A stretch of 64,000 nucleotides of DNA from assembly GCA_964574765.1 (NCBI GenBank), contig CAZNPC010000001.1:28720-92719 (forward strand). The letters are read 5' to 3'. Below the pieces are notes generated by a model. That model was not told where the DNA came from. It was given only the letters and a program-made list of their open reading frames with translations, and searched no databases. The stretch is from an uncultured Nitrospirales bacterium (GTDB taxonomy: Bacteria > Nitrospirota > Thermodesulfovibrionia > UBA6902 > BMS3Bbin08). Each line of letters opens with the position of its first letter. Position 1 is the first letter of the stretch. Below, piece by piece: positions 48,146 through 55,948 of this stretch. A program made the translations under genes and the position numbers.

Positions 48146-48859
48146 TCAAGATCGCAGCTCACAGTCATCAAGAATTTTTTTCACTTCCTCAATATCATTC
48201 CACATGAGGCAGTCAATAATCGACAAACCCGCCTCAAAACTAGGACATGACTGCTTGTAAGGTCTCAAAAATGAATCCAAAAATTTAAGTTTTATATTCT
48301 TTTCGGCAAATTCAGCAGGACGAAATATATCTCTTCCGCCTATTGGATTGATATATTCTGAAGCTCCCATTTGTTCTGCAATTCGCAGAGCCCACTGACC
48401 AGGGTGATCAACATCCTTTATATTTATGCGCATTTTAGATAAAGTGTGAAATACACATTTAATATTTAGGTAGTTGCATGTATTCTGAATTGACCTCGTT
48501 AGAAGATTAACAAGTAAATCTTCATTGTCATTAAGATTTGAATTGACGAAGTCTATCACTTTCAAAAAGTTTGGTGCTTTTTTCTTGTAGGACTGCGTTA
48601 ATTGTCCAATGATTCTTGCTTTCCATTTAATGCCATTGTGAATCTTCATGTCATTAATCGGTGTTTTCCTCTCAGCCTTATGAAGAGGAATTAATATATA
48701 TTGCCATCCATCTTTAGGGTGAAGCACCCTGTTTCTATTAACCCACCCATGCCGAATATACTGAGGAATATCAAAAAAAACCCAATGATCAGCACTATTA
48801 ATCAGCTGAAAGTATCCAATATATGGGAAAAAATAGGGCTGCATAATGCCAACACGCAT
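48146..48859 (-). CDS. WbqC-like family protein
   Basis: MRVGIMQPYFFPYIGYFQLINSADHWVFFD, a characteristic WbqC-like N-terminus. Confidence 0.7.
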   Translation of the reverse strand: MRVGIMQPYFFPYIGYFQLINSADHWVFFDIPQYIRHGWVNRNRVLHPKDGWQYILIPLHKAERKTPINDMKIHNGIKWKARIIGQLTQSYKKKAPNFLKVIDFVNSNLNDNEDLLVNLLTRSIQNTCNYLNIKCVFHTLSKMRINIKDVDHPGQWALRIAEQMGASEYINPIGGRDIFRPAEFAEKNIKLKFLDSFLRPYKQSCPSFEAGLSIIDCLMWNDIEEVKKILDDCELRS

Positions 48860-48887
48860 CAGTCACTCTCCAATTTTTGTAGTTTCC

Positions 48888-49187
48888 TCAGGATGCAGCA
48901 AATACCTTACCATTATCCTCCAAACTTGCTCCCCATCCAAGACAGACCGTGCTACGACCATAGGCACTTCCTATCTCCACAATGTCACCCATAAGCTCGG
49001 TACTCTTGGCCATTTCAAAGAGCCAGCGGGCCTGTTTTTCACTTAACCAGCCATATACACCATTCCAGAGCGACCGGTAGTGTCTGAAATCATCTTTAGA
49101 ATAAAGCCGTTGGTCCAGCTTTGCTTTGATTTGACCTATTACGCCTAAATGATATTCTCGAATCAACTCCAGGCTTTTCTCCCTCAT
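48888..49187 (-). pseudogene. truncated N-terminal fragment of a class I SAM methyltransferase (99 codons)
   Basis: DIVEIGSAYGRSTVCLGWG resembles the SAM-binding start of O-methyltransferase family 3/Methyltransf_24. The ORF ends about 120 aa short of a full enzyme and cannot be continued in any frame. Confidence 0.4.
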
Positions 49188-49334
49188 TTTGCTGCATGCT
49201 CCTTAATTTTTGTTTCCTCATAAGTTCAGTTACTAAATATCGTCCCATCGCTGCATACCACCTCGACTAAGTCTCGTTTTTTGTCCTTTAATATCTTACA
49301 GGGAAGTTTTCCCTGTGACGGCTATAATATTTAA

Positions 49335-50615
49335 TCATGATTTTACTTCTCCTTCTGACGAGACCTTCCATTCCGCGTCTACAATCTGGATTAATCCATA
49401 GGATATCAATTCTCTGTTGATATGTTCCTCTGCATCCATTACTGCAAGTACTTCAAAGGGATTAATAAATTCCAGATGATCCAATCCAGAATGGGGCTGG
49501 CGAATCCCCAAAGTTAAGGAATACCACCCGGGAGTCAAGTAGACCGATGGGATATATACCTCACCTTCGATTATTTCGCCACTGTTGATATCGAATCGCT
49601 TTGTGCTGCAAAGTGTCGTAATACGCTCCTGACGGAAAGAGTTAATCCCAAATACAAATTGAACATTCTTTACTGAGTCGACTCCAACACACTGCATTTT
49701 CAGGGAGAATGATTCTCCAAATCTTATCTTTGAGGTCTTCATACCGTCGGCATTATACAGGCCGCTTTCACTGATACGAACCACAGTGCCGAAACCTGGC
49801 CGCCTTGAAAGATTATATAAATTATCGTTTTCTACTTGTTCTCTCATGTTCTCTAAATAGGTGTCTATAACTGGCACCACGTTTCCTTCTTTTATCGGGC
49901 TTCCATTTTCCAAAAGAATGGCTCTGTTGCATAGTCTTTGTACTGCCTCCATATTATGACTCACAAATAGCACAGTCCGTCCTCCTTTTGCAATGTCGCC
50001 CATCTTTCCCAAACACTTTTTCTGAAATTGAGCGTCACCTACGGCGAGCACCTCGTCTATTACCAGAATTTCAGGCTCAAGGTGGGCTGCAACAGCAAAG
50101 GCAAGCCTCACATACATCCCACTTGAATATCTCTTTACAGGAGTATCTAGGAATTTCTCTATCTCTGCAAAAGCCACAATCTCATCAAACTTAGCACTTA
50201 TTTCCTGCCGGCTCATACCCAAAAGAGCTCCGTTCAGAAATATATTTTCTCTGCCTGTGAGTTCCGGATGAAATCCTGTGCCAACCTCAAGGAGGCTGCC
50301 CACTCTGCCACGCATTCTTACTTCACCCTCTGTAGGTTCAGTGATCCTGCTCAGGATCTTCAGAAGCGTGCTTTTCCCTGCGCCATTCCTTCCAATAATT
50401 CCGATGACCTCCCCTTCATTGACTTCAAAGGAGACATCTTTTAAAGCCCAGATCTTATTTTCATCATGAGTATTCTGTGAAGAGTGAGAAGTAAGTCGTC
50501 TAAAAGGACTCGTCAATGTCTTTACTATCTCTTCGCGCAAGTTGCCGTAAGAGGCCCTCTCCCCGATCGTATACTGTTTTGATAGATTTCTTATTTCAAT
50601 AACAGGTTTAGCCAT
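49335..50615 (-). CDS. wzt: ABC transporter ATP-binding protein, Wzt/TagH-type with C-terminal extension (second system)
   Basis: Walker A GIIGRNGAGKST, signature YSSGMYVRL, Walker B ILVIDEVLAVGD. About 170-aa C-terminal domain. Confidence 0.8.
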   Translation of the reverse strand: MAKPVIEIRNLSKQYTIGERASYGNLREEIVKTLTSPFRRLTSHSSQNTHDENKIWALKDVSFEVNEGEVIGIIGRNGAGKSTLLKILSRITEPTEGEVRMRGRVGSLLEVGTGFHPELTGRENIFLNGALLGMSRQEISAKFDEIVAFAEIEKFLDTPVKRYSSGMYVRLAFAVAAHLEPEILVIDEVLAVGDAQFQKKCLGKMGDIAKGGRTVLFVSHNMEAVQRLCNRAILLENGSPIKEGNVVPVIDTYLENMREQVENDNLYNLSRRPGFGTVVRISESGLYNADGMKTSKIRFGESFSLKMQCVGVDSVKNVQFVFGINSFRQERITTLCSTKRFDINSGEIIEGEVYIPSVYLTPGWYSLTLGIRQPHSGLDHLEFINPFEVLAVMDAEEHINRELISYGLIQIVDAEWKVSSEGEVKS

Positions 50616-50620
50616 ATCGT

Positions 50621-51448
50621 TTAAATTACGTCTGCAAAATACCGCTCAACACGGCGAAAGTAAAATATACCACCCAGAAACACAACTAACCCGATTACCC
50701 CGGAGATGCCAAGCGACGTCCACGGGATAGGCATATGTCCGAGCACCGCAGGCCTGAAGGCCTCAATCACACCAGACATCGGATTCAGTGCAAGTATCCA
50801 GCTGTATTGTTCACCCAGGAGACTGCTCGGGTAGATAACAGGGGTTATGAACATCCATATCTGTATTATGAAAGGGATTGCATATTGTATGTCCCTGTAC
50901 CTCACGTTCATGGCACAAAACCACATTCCAAACCCTACAGCATTCATTATGGTGAGAAGCACTAAAACCGGAACCAGCAGTATTCCCGAACTTACAGAAA
51001 CTCCGTAATATATCATCATTATTCCAAGTACTACTGAAGCTATACAGAGATCTAAAAGTGCGGATATAGCAGGGCTGGCAGGCATAATTAGTCTGGGAAA
51101 ATATATCTTGGTAATCAGGTTCTTCTCAGTCACAACGCTGTTTGTGGATCGCCCGAGAACTGCCGAAAAATATTGCCATGGCAGGAGCCCAATATAGACA
51201 AAGATCGGATACGGCACTCCATCTGAAGGCATCTTTATAAGACGCCCAAATAGAACAGAAAAGACAAGCATTGTCAGCACCGGCTGCAATACAGCCCAAA
51301 TAACACCAAGGAATGTCTGCTTATACCTGACCTTGACATCTCTCCATGCAAGGAAATAAAGAAGTTCACGGAAGGCCCATATTTCACGGAAGTTGATAGA
51401 TATCCAGCCTTTTCTGGGTTTTATAATTATTTCGTTAACATTATCCAT
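50621..51448 (-). CDS. wzm: ABC-2 type transporter permease (Wzm, second system)
   Basis: Six TM helices. Start set at MDNVNEII (51448). The ORF-track start at 51535 would overlap fcl by about 95 nt. Confidence 0.75.
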   Translation of the reverse strand: MDNVNEIIIKPRKGWISINFREIWAFRELLYFLAWRDVKVRYKQTFLGVIWAVLQPVLTMLVFSVLFGRLIKMPSDGVPYPIFVYIGLLPWQYFSAVLGRSTNSVVTEKNLITKIYFPRLIMPASPAISALLDLCIASVVLGIMMIYYGVSVSSGILLVPVLVLLTIMNAVGFGMWFCAMNVRYRDIQYAIPFIIQIWMFITPVIYPSSLLGEQYSWILALNPMSGVIEAFRPAVLGHMPIPWTSLGISGVIGLVVFLGGIFYFRRVERYFADVI

Positions 51449-52391
51449 TGTCAGCCATCCTGTTATCTCTATACCACCTGTAAGTCTCCTCAATTCCCTG
51501 TTGCAGGGTAGTCTTAGCCTTCCAGCCAAGTGCATTTATTTGAGTTACATCAAGGAGCTTTCTCTGCATTCCATCAGGTTTCGAGGTATCGAACTCAAGC
51601 CCGCCTTTATAACCGGTGATCTCCTTTATCATATGAGCCAGTTCATTTATGGATATATCCTCGCCAGTACCTACATTTATGATGTCTGGACTGTCATATT
51701 TTTCCATTAAGAATAGGCTTGCGTCTGCCAAATCATCAACATAAAGGAACTCTCTCCTTGGTTTTCCGGTGCCCCAAACGGTAATGGAAGGGTGTTTGTC
51801 CTCCTTCATCTGTACTGCTTCTACACATTTTCTTATTAATGCAGGAAGGACATGTGATGTTTCCAGATCGAAATTGTCATTAGGCCCATAAACGTTGGTA
51901 GGCATTATTGAGATAAAGTTAGTTCCATACTGTCTATTGTACGCCTGGCACATCCTGATACCGGCTATCTTTGCAATTGCGTATGGTTCATTGGTCGGCT
52001 CCAGTGGAGCAGTAAGCAGGTGTTCTTCCTTCATGGGCTGAGGACATAGTTTAGGATAAATGCAGGAACTGCCTAAAAAAAGAAGCTTTTTTACTCCATA
52101 AACATAAGCATTATGTATAACGTTAACCTGAATAGCGAGATTGCTGTATATAAAATCCGCGGGGTATGTGCTGTTTGCCAGTATACCCCCTACCCTGGCT
52201 GCAGCAAGAAACACATACTCAGGCCTCTCCCTTTCAAAGAATGCCTCTACCTCAGACTGATTGCATAGGTCCAGTTCTTTGTGTGTTTTATGGATAAGGT
52301 TGGTATGCCCCTCAGATTGCAATCTGCGAAGGATTGCAGACCCTACCATTCCCCTGTGGCCGGCAATGTAGATTTTAGAATCCTTCGTCAT
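51441..52391 (-). CDS. fcl: GDP-L-fucose synthase (GDP-4-keto-6-deoxy-D-mannose 3,5-epimerase/4-reductase)
   Basis: [19 protein letters not shown] ... [10 protein letters not shown] ... SSCIYPK motifs. Start set at MTKDSKIY. Directly downstream of gmd. Confidence 0.85.
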   Translation of the reverse strand: MTKDSKIYIAGHRGMVGSAILRRLQSEGHTNLIHKTHKELDLCNQSEVEAFFERERPEYVFLAAARVGGILANSTYPADFIYSNLAIQVNVIHNAYVYGVKKLLFLGSSCIYPKLCPQPMKEEHLLTAPLEPTNEPYAIAKIAGIRMCQAYNRQYGTNFISIMPTNVYGPNDNFDLETSHVLPALIRKCVEAVQMKEDKHPSITVWGTGKPRREFLYVDDLADASLFLMEKYDSPDIINVGTGEDISINELAHMIKEITGYKGGLEFDTSKPDGMQRKLLDVTQINALGWKAKTTLQQGIEETYRWYRDNRMADNG

Positions 52392-52525
52392 AAGCATTGT
52401 TAGAAGTATGAGGCATGAGGTTAGAGGGAAAAAGCTTGAGGTTAGAGGTTTAAGGCTTTTGCCTCCCTCTTCCAACCTCATTCCTCAAACATATTTCCTT
52501 AGTCCTAAAATCTCAAAACTCAATC

Positions 52526-52915
52526 TCATTTCACCTCAAATCTCTTTCTCCCCCTTACTGCATTCATTAATCCGTTTAGTTTGCGGTCTATCTCTTCTCC
52601 TTTTATTCTTACAGTGTTAGACTCATCTTCAGAAAATAACTTTCTTCGTCGATAAATTTCATTGAGAGTTATCGTTTCGTAAAGAGAGCCTTGAGCAATA
52701 CTTAAATATTGAAGAAACTCTTTCTTGTGTTGACGACCTTTTCCTTCTGCTATGTTTTGTGGTACAGAAGTTACAGACCCTTCCATCTGAGAAACTAAAC
52801 GCATATGTTTATTGAAGGGGATTTTTTCCAGCAATCCCAAAACATAATTTGCCAACTCCATTGCCAATTGCCAAACTTCTAATTTCTCAAATGGAAATAT
52901 ATATATTCCTTTCAT
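52526..52915 (-). CDS. four-helix-bundle protein (23S rRNA intervening-sequence protein family), second copy
   Basis: FEKLEVWQLAMEL ... NIAEGKGRQHKKEF ... AQGSLYE. RBS GGAGGT supplied by the first unit of the adjacent 40-bp tandem repeat. Confidence 0.7.
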   Translation of the reverse strand: MKGIYIFPFEKLEVWQLAMELANYVLGLLEKIPFNKHMRLVSQMEGSVTSVPQNIAEGKGRQHKKEFLQYLSIAQGSLYETITLNEIYRRRKLFSEDESNTVRIKGEEIDRKLNGLMNAVRGRKRFEVK

Positions 52916-52920
52916 ACTTT

Positions 52921-53180
52921 ACCTCCAGCCTCTGCCCTCTGTCCTCTTCTGTTATGTTTTACCTCCAGCCTCTAACCTCTGTCCTCTTCTGTTATGTTTT
53001 ACCTCCAGCCTCTAACCTCTGTCCTCTTCTGTTATGTTTTACCTCCAGCCTCTGCCCTCTGTCCTCTTCTGTTATGTTTTACCTCCAGCCTCTGCCCTCT
53101 GTCCTCTTCTATTATGTTTTACCTCCAACCTCGGCCTCAACCTTGTTTTTATCCTCATCCTCCAACCTCTGTCCGCTTCT
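52921..53180. repeat. 40-bp tandem repeat, 5 near-perfect plus about 1.5 degenerate units (acctccagcctctgccctctgtcctcttctgttatgtttt)
   Basis: Units at 52921, 52961, 53001, 53041, 53081. Units 2-3 carry the tctaacctct variant. The 40-bp period is not a multiple of 3. Lies between gmd and the second 4HB gene. Confidence 0.9.
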
Positions 53181-53210
53181 TTAAACTCAGCCTTGGCCTC
53201 AGCCTCAGCT

Positions 53211-54353
53211 TTATCTATTTGTCAGTTTATTCTTCGTCCAATGTATGCCCTTCCCCTGTAAAATCTTATTGCCCGCTCCCGGTGCGTCTATGCCGATCAT
53301 TTCCATATCTGCGTCTACCATTATCTTAACTAACTCTTTAAAATTTACTTTTGGCTGCCAGCCGAGTTGTTTCGTAGCCTTTGATACGTCCGCTAATAGG
53401 TAATCTGTTTCTGTGGGACGAAAATACCTTGGGTCTATCTCGATCAGAACATCTCCGATGTTGATGTTAGAGGTCGGGGGTTGGAGGTTAGAGGCTAAGG
53501 ATTTAACAATGCCTTTTTCCTTAACTCCCTTCCCCTGCCATTCAAGTTCGATTCCGGCATAACTGAAGGCCAACTCGGCAAATTCTTTGACCGAATGGCT
53601 TTCACCCGTACCTATGACATAATCATCAGGCTCATCCTGCTGAAGCATCAGCCATTGGCATTCAACATACTCAGGCGCAAAACCCCAGTCTCTTTTGGCA
53701 TCCAGATTTCCAAGATATAGTTTTTTCTGCTTATTGGCGTTTATATTGGCAATGGCCCTGGTAATTTTTCTGGTTACAAAAGTCTCCCCTCTTCTCGGTG
53801 ATTCGTGATTGAACAATATGCCGTTACACGCAAACATGTTATAACCTTCTCGATAATTAACTGTCATCCAGTATGCATATGCTTTAGCGCATGCATACGG
53901 ACTTCGAGGCGCAAAAATAGTCTTTTCGTTCTGAGGGGGAGGAGCTGAGCCGAACATCTCACTGCTTGATGCCTGATAAAATCTCGTTTTTATCCCGCTT
54001 CTTTTTACAGCCTCAAGTAATCGTGTTGAACCCAGGGCAGTTACTTCACCCGTATACTCAGGAATATCAAAGCTTACCCTTACATGGCTCTGCGCGCCAA
54101 GATGATATATCTCGTCCGGCTTGATGTTATAAACCAGATTTGTCAATTGCCCGGCGTCAGTAAGGTCACCATAGTGGAGCAATAACCTGGCGCCTGATAT
54201 ATGCGGGTCAACATAGAGGTGGTCTATTCTTCCTGTGTTGAATGTGCTTGCTCGACGGATAAGTCCGTGAACCTCGTAGCCTTTTGATATGAGCAATTCG
54301 GTCAGATATGAGCCATCCTGCCCTGTAATCCCTGTGATCAATGCCTTTTTCAT
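53211..54353 (-). CDS. gmd: GDP-mannose 4,6-dehydratase
   Basis: [47 protein letters not shown], a diagnostic N-terminus. 380 aa. GGAGGG RBS. Confidence 0.9.
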   Translation of the reverse strand: MKKALITGITGQDGSYLTELLISKGYEVHGLIRRASTFNTGRIDHLYVDPHISGARLLLHYGDLTDAGQLTNLVYNIKPDEIYHLGAQSHVRVSFDIPEYTGEVTALGSTRLLEAVKRSGIKTRFYQASSSEMFGSAPPPQNEKTIFAPRSPYACAKAYAYWMTVNYREGYNMFACNGILFNHESPRRGETFVTRKITRAIANINANKQKKLYLGNLDAKRDWGFAPEYVECQWLMLQQDEPDDYVIGTGESHSVKEFAELAFSYAGIELEWQGKGVKEKGIVKSLASNLQPPTSNINIGDVLIEIDPRYFRPTETDYLLADVSKATKQLGWQPKVNFKELVKIMVDADMEMIGIDAPGAGNKILQGKGIHWTKNKLTNR

Positions 54354-54406
54354 GGACCCTCCAGATTATATTCTTCATTATCAAAAAATTATTAGGTTAG
54401 GGTCAT

Positions 54407-54426
54407 CCTGCCTTCCGGCAGGCAGG
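54407..54426 (-). promoter_or_regulatory. GC-rich leader hairpin CCTGCC-TTCC-GGCAGG(CAGG) between ops-like element and gmd
   Basis: Perfect 6-bp GC stem with a 4-nt loop in an otherwise AT-rich leader. A near-identical hairpin is at 59864-59883 upstream of rfbA. Confidence 0.4.
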
Positions 54427-54545
54427 GATGCCGGTTTAGTTAGAAGGTCACGTAGTTGGTGTTGACTTAACCCTGAAACTAACTACTATACTGGCTTCTT
54501 TGCCCTTACCTTTACCCGCTTCCCTTTTGATATCACAGTCTCTAA

Positions 54546-54557
54546 ACAGGCTACCGC
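54546..54557 (-). promoter_or_regulatory. ops-like element GGCGGTAGCCTG (11/12 match to enterobacterial ops GGCGGTAGCGTG) in the leader between the nusG-like gene and gmd
   Basis: Reverse complement of 54546-54557 reads GGCGGTAGCCTG on the sense strand of the minus-strand operon. It lies 110 nt downstream of the NusG-paralogue stop and 190 nt upstream of the gmd start. Confidence 0.45.
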
Positions 54558-54662
54558 CATTCGGGTTATCAAAACCCGTTCTCTTGAACAAGTTCACAGT
54601 TTGCCGCGACATAATAAACTTTAGCCGTTAAAGAGACAGCTAAATTCAATCTCTGTTTATGA

Positions 54663-55154
54663 CTATGCCCTTGTCAATATCGCCCTATCAACGATAACGC
54701 TTGACTGATATTCAATAGCTGACAATAGCAGGACAATCCTTTCGCTTCCATTCACTTCCCTTTCGAATATTCCGGTGAAATCTTTAAGCGGCCCTTCAGC
54801 GATCCTGACCCTGTCTCCGCGTTCAAAATTCACAGGTTTCATAGCTATTACTCCCTCATGTTCCTGCGACTTGATAAAATCAATGATATTCTCTGAAACC
54901 GGCCATGGTTTTTCTGTATCGCCTACTACTTTTTTTATGCCTCTTGTGTACCTTATCATCCATAGATGCTTTTCAGGTTCAAACCGTGCAAATATATAAC
55001 AGGGGAATAATGACGAGACAGTCTCTCTGTATTTTCCCCTTATAAACCTCTTCTGTTGAAGCTGGGGGCTGTAAACCGTCAGTCCCGCCTCTTTCAGGCT
55101 GTTTATGACATATCCTTCTCTTTTAGGTTTTGTATAAATTGAATACCAGTTCAT
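54663..55154 (-). CDS. NusG-family paralogue (RfaH/UpxY/LoaP-like specialised transcription antiterminator)
   Basis: 163 aa. NGN-domain start MNWYSIYTKPKRE...V...L and C-terminal KOW-like GDRVRIAEGPLKDFTGIFE. Sits at the head of the long operon. Confidence 0.7.
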   Translation of the reverse strand: MNWYSIYTKPKREGYVINSLKEAGLTVYSPQLQQKRFIRGKYRETVSSLFPCYIFARFEPEKHLWMIRYTRGIKKVVGDTEKPWPVSENIIDFIKSQEHEGVIAMKPVNFERGDRVRIAEGPLKDFTGIFEREVNGSERIVLLLSAIEYQSSVIVDRAILTRA

Positions 55155-55237
55155 GGTTCGACAGGCTCACCATCGTGGATAGTTCAAGCTTCAAACCTCC
55201 ATCCTCAAGCCTCTTGCCTCACAGTTCATAGCTGTTT

Positions 55238-55804
55238 TCATTTATTTACCGGATATATACTTTTTATTAATTCCTTATCAACCCCAAGGGCTAGTAATTT
55301 TTGATACACGCTGTCCCTTCTCATATGCGTGGTGATAATTATGTAATCAAAATCAACTTCATTGACATTGCCAAAGGGCATAACAACTGTTTTGAAAAAT
55401 TTCCTGCCTTTTCCCTCATCATCCAATACGCCCAGAAAATTTAGATTACACTCCTGAAGAGACAGGTATGCAATCTCTGCAACCTCATCAGCTCCTGCAA
55501 ATACGACTCTCTTGACGCCACTATCCTGTAGTTTGATGAATAACTGCCTGAAATCCCTTCTTGCCTCACGGAATACCCTGTTATAGTTTTGCAGAAGATG
55601 GTATGTTAAACGGCTTTTTTCAGTAAAGCCCTTTGCAGTGAGAAAGTATGCATATCTTTTGGATGGAATATTCTTTATTGTTACAAAGCCCTTTGAGATA
55701 AGGTTTTTTATGTACGAATTAACAAGACCGAGTGCCAAATTCAGTCTTTTACTCAAATCTCTTTGAGATAGAGACTCGCCCCTTGAAATTTCATCAAGTA
55801 GCAT
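55238..55804 (-). CDS. winged-helix DNA-binding protein with C-terminal Rossmann-like (CoA_binding_3 / sugar-transferase N-domain-like) domain, putative locus regulator
   Basis: N-terminal wHTH (LSQRDLSKRLNLALGLVNSYIKNLISKGFV). C-terminal KRVVFAGADEVAEIAYL...NFLGVLDDEGKG...VDFDYIIITT pattern. Start set at ATG 55804. The GTG start at 55864 lies inside the conserved palindromic operator. Confidence 0.5.
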   Translation of the reverse strand: MLLDEISRGESLSQRDLSKRLNLALGLVNSYIKNLISKGFVTIKNIPSKRYAYFLTAKGFTEKSRLTYHLLQNYNRVFREARRDFRQLFIKLQDSGVKRVVFAGADEVAEIAYLSLQECNLNFLGVLDDEGKGRKFFKTVVMPFGNVNEVDFDYIIITTHMRRDSVYQKLLALGVDKELIKSIYPVNK

Positions 55805-55808
55805 TAAA

Positions 55809-55915
55809 GACTTGTAACCATCCTGATTATCAGGCTTTTTATCGTTCAGATTGTGAACGTTCACAATTTGAACATATCACATTTTAAATCAATTGTCAAG
55901 TAAAAAAAAGGAGGG
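55809..55915 (-). promoter_or_regulatory. sigma70-like promoter (TTGACA-N17-TGaTATGTT) with the 12-bp perfect palindrome GTGAACGTTCAC at about +1, upstream of the regulator/nusG-like genes; copy 2 of a duplicated module
   Basis: Minus-strand read: ccttttttttacTTGACAattgatttaaaatgTGaTATGTTcaaattGTGAACGTTCACaatctgaacgat. About 90% identical to 34449-34555 over about 107 bp. Confidence 0.55.
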
Positions 55916-55948
55916 AAACATTAATAGCCCGCATAAGTCCGGAAACTA

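Noticed and set aside
52921-53180. Possible CRISPR array
   Set aside because: The units are directly abutting with no unique spacers, the period is 40 bp with only two unit variants, and there are no cas genes nearby. It is a simple tandem repeat.
52849-53329. ORFs (52849-53184, 52994-53329, 53034-53261) reading through the 40-bp tandem repeat and producing repetitive peptides
   Set aside because: The repeat period is 40 bp, which is not divisible by 3. The three ORFs therefore translate the same units in different frames (LCPLSSSVMFYLQP / FCYVLPPAS ...). This is a hallmark of a non-coding DNA repeat. They are also on the strand opposite to all neighbouring genes.
53455-53500. Inverted copy of the tandem-repeat motif (ggttggaggttagaggctaagg) inside gmd
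   Set aside because: It lies within the variable surface loop of an otherwise canonical Gmd and is in frame (…[15 protein letters not shown]…). This is most likely coincidental similarity of a Pro/Ser/Leu-rich coding stretch to the CT-rich repeat rather than an insertion.
54546-54557. Treating the ops-like 12-mer as definitively functional
   Set aside because: Not rejected as a finding, but confidence is limited. An 8-mer core is expected about twice by chance in 64 kb on two strands. Only its position (leader directly after a NusG paralogue, correct strand) and the 11/12 match raise it above noise.
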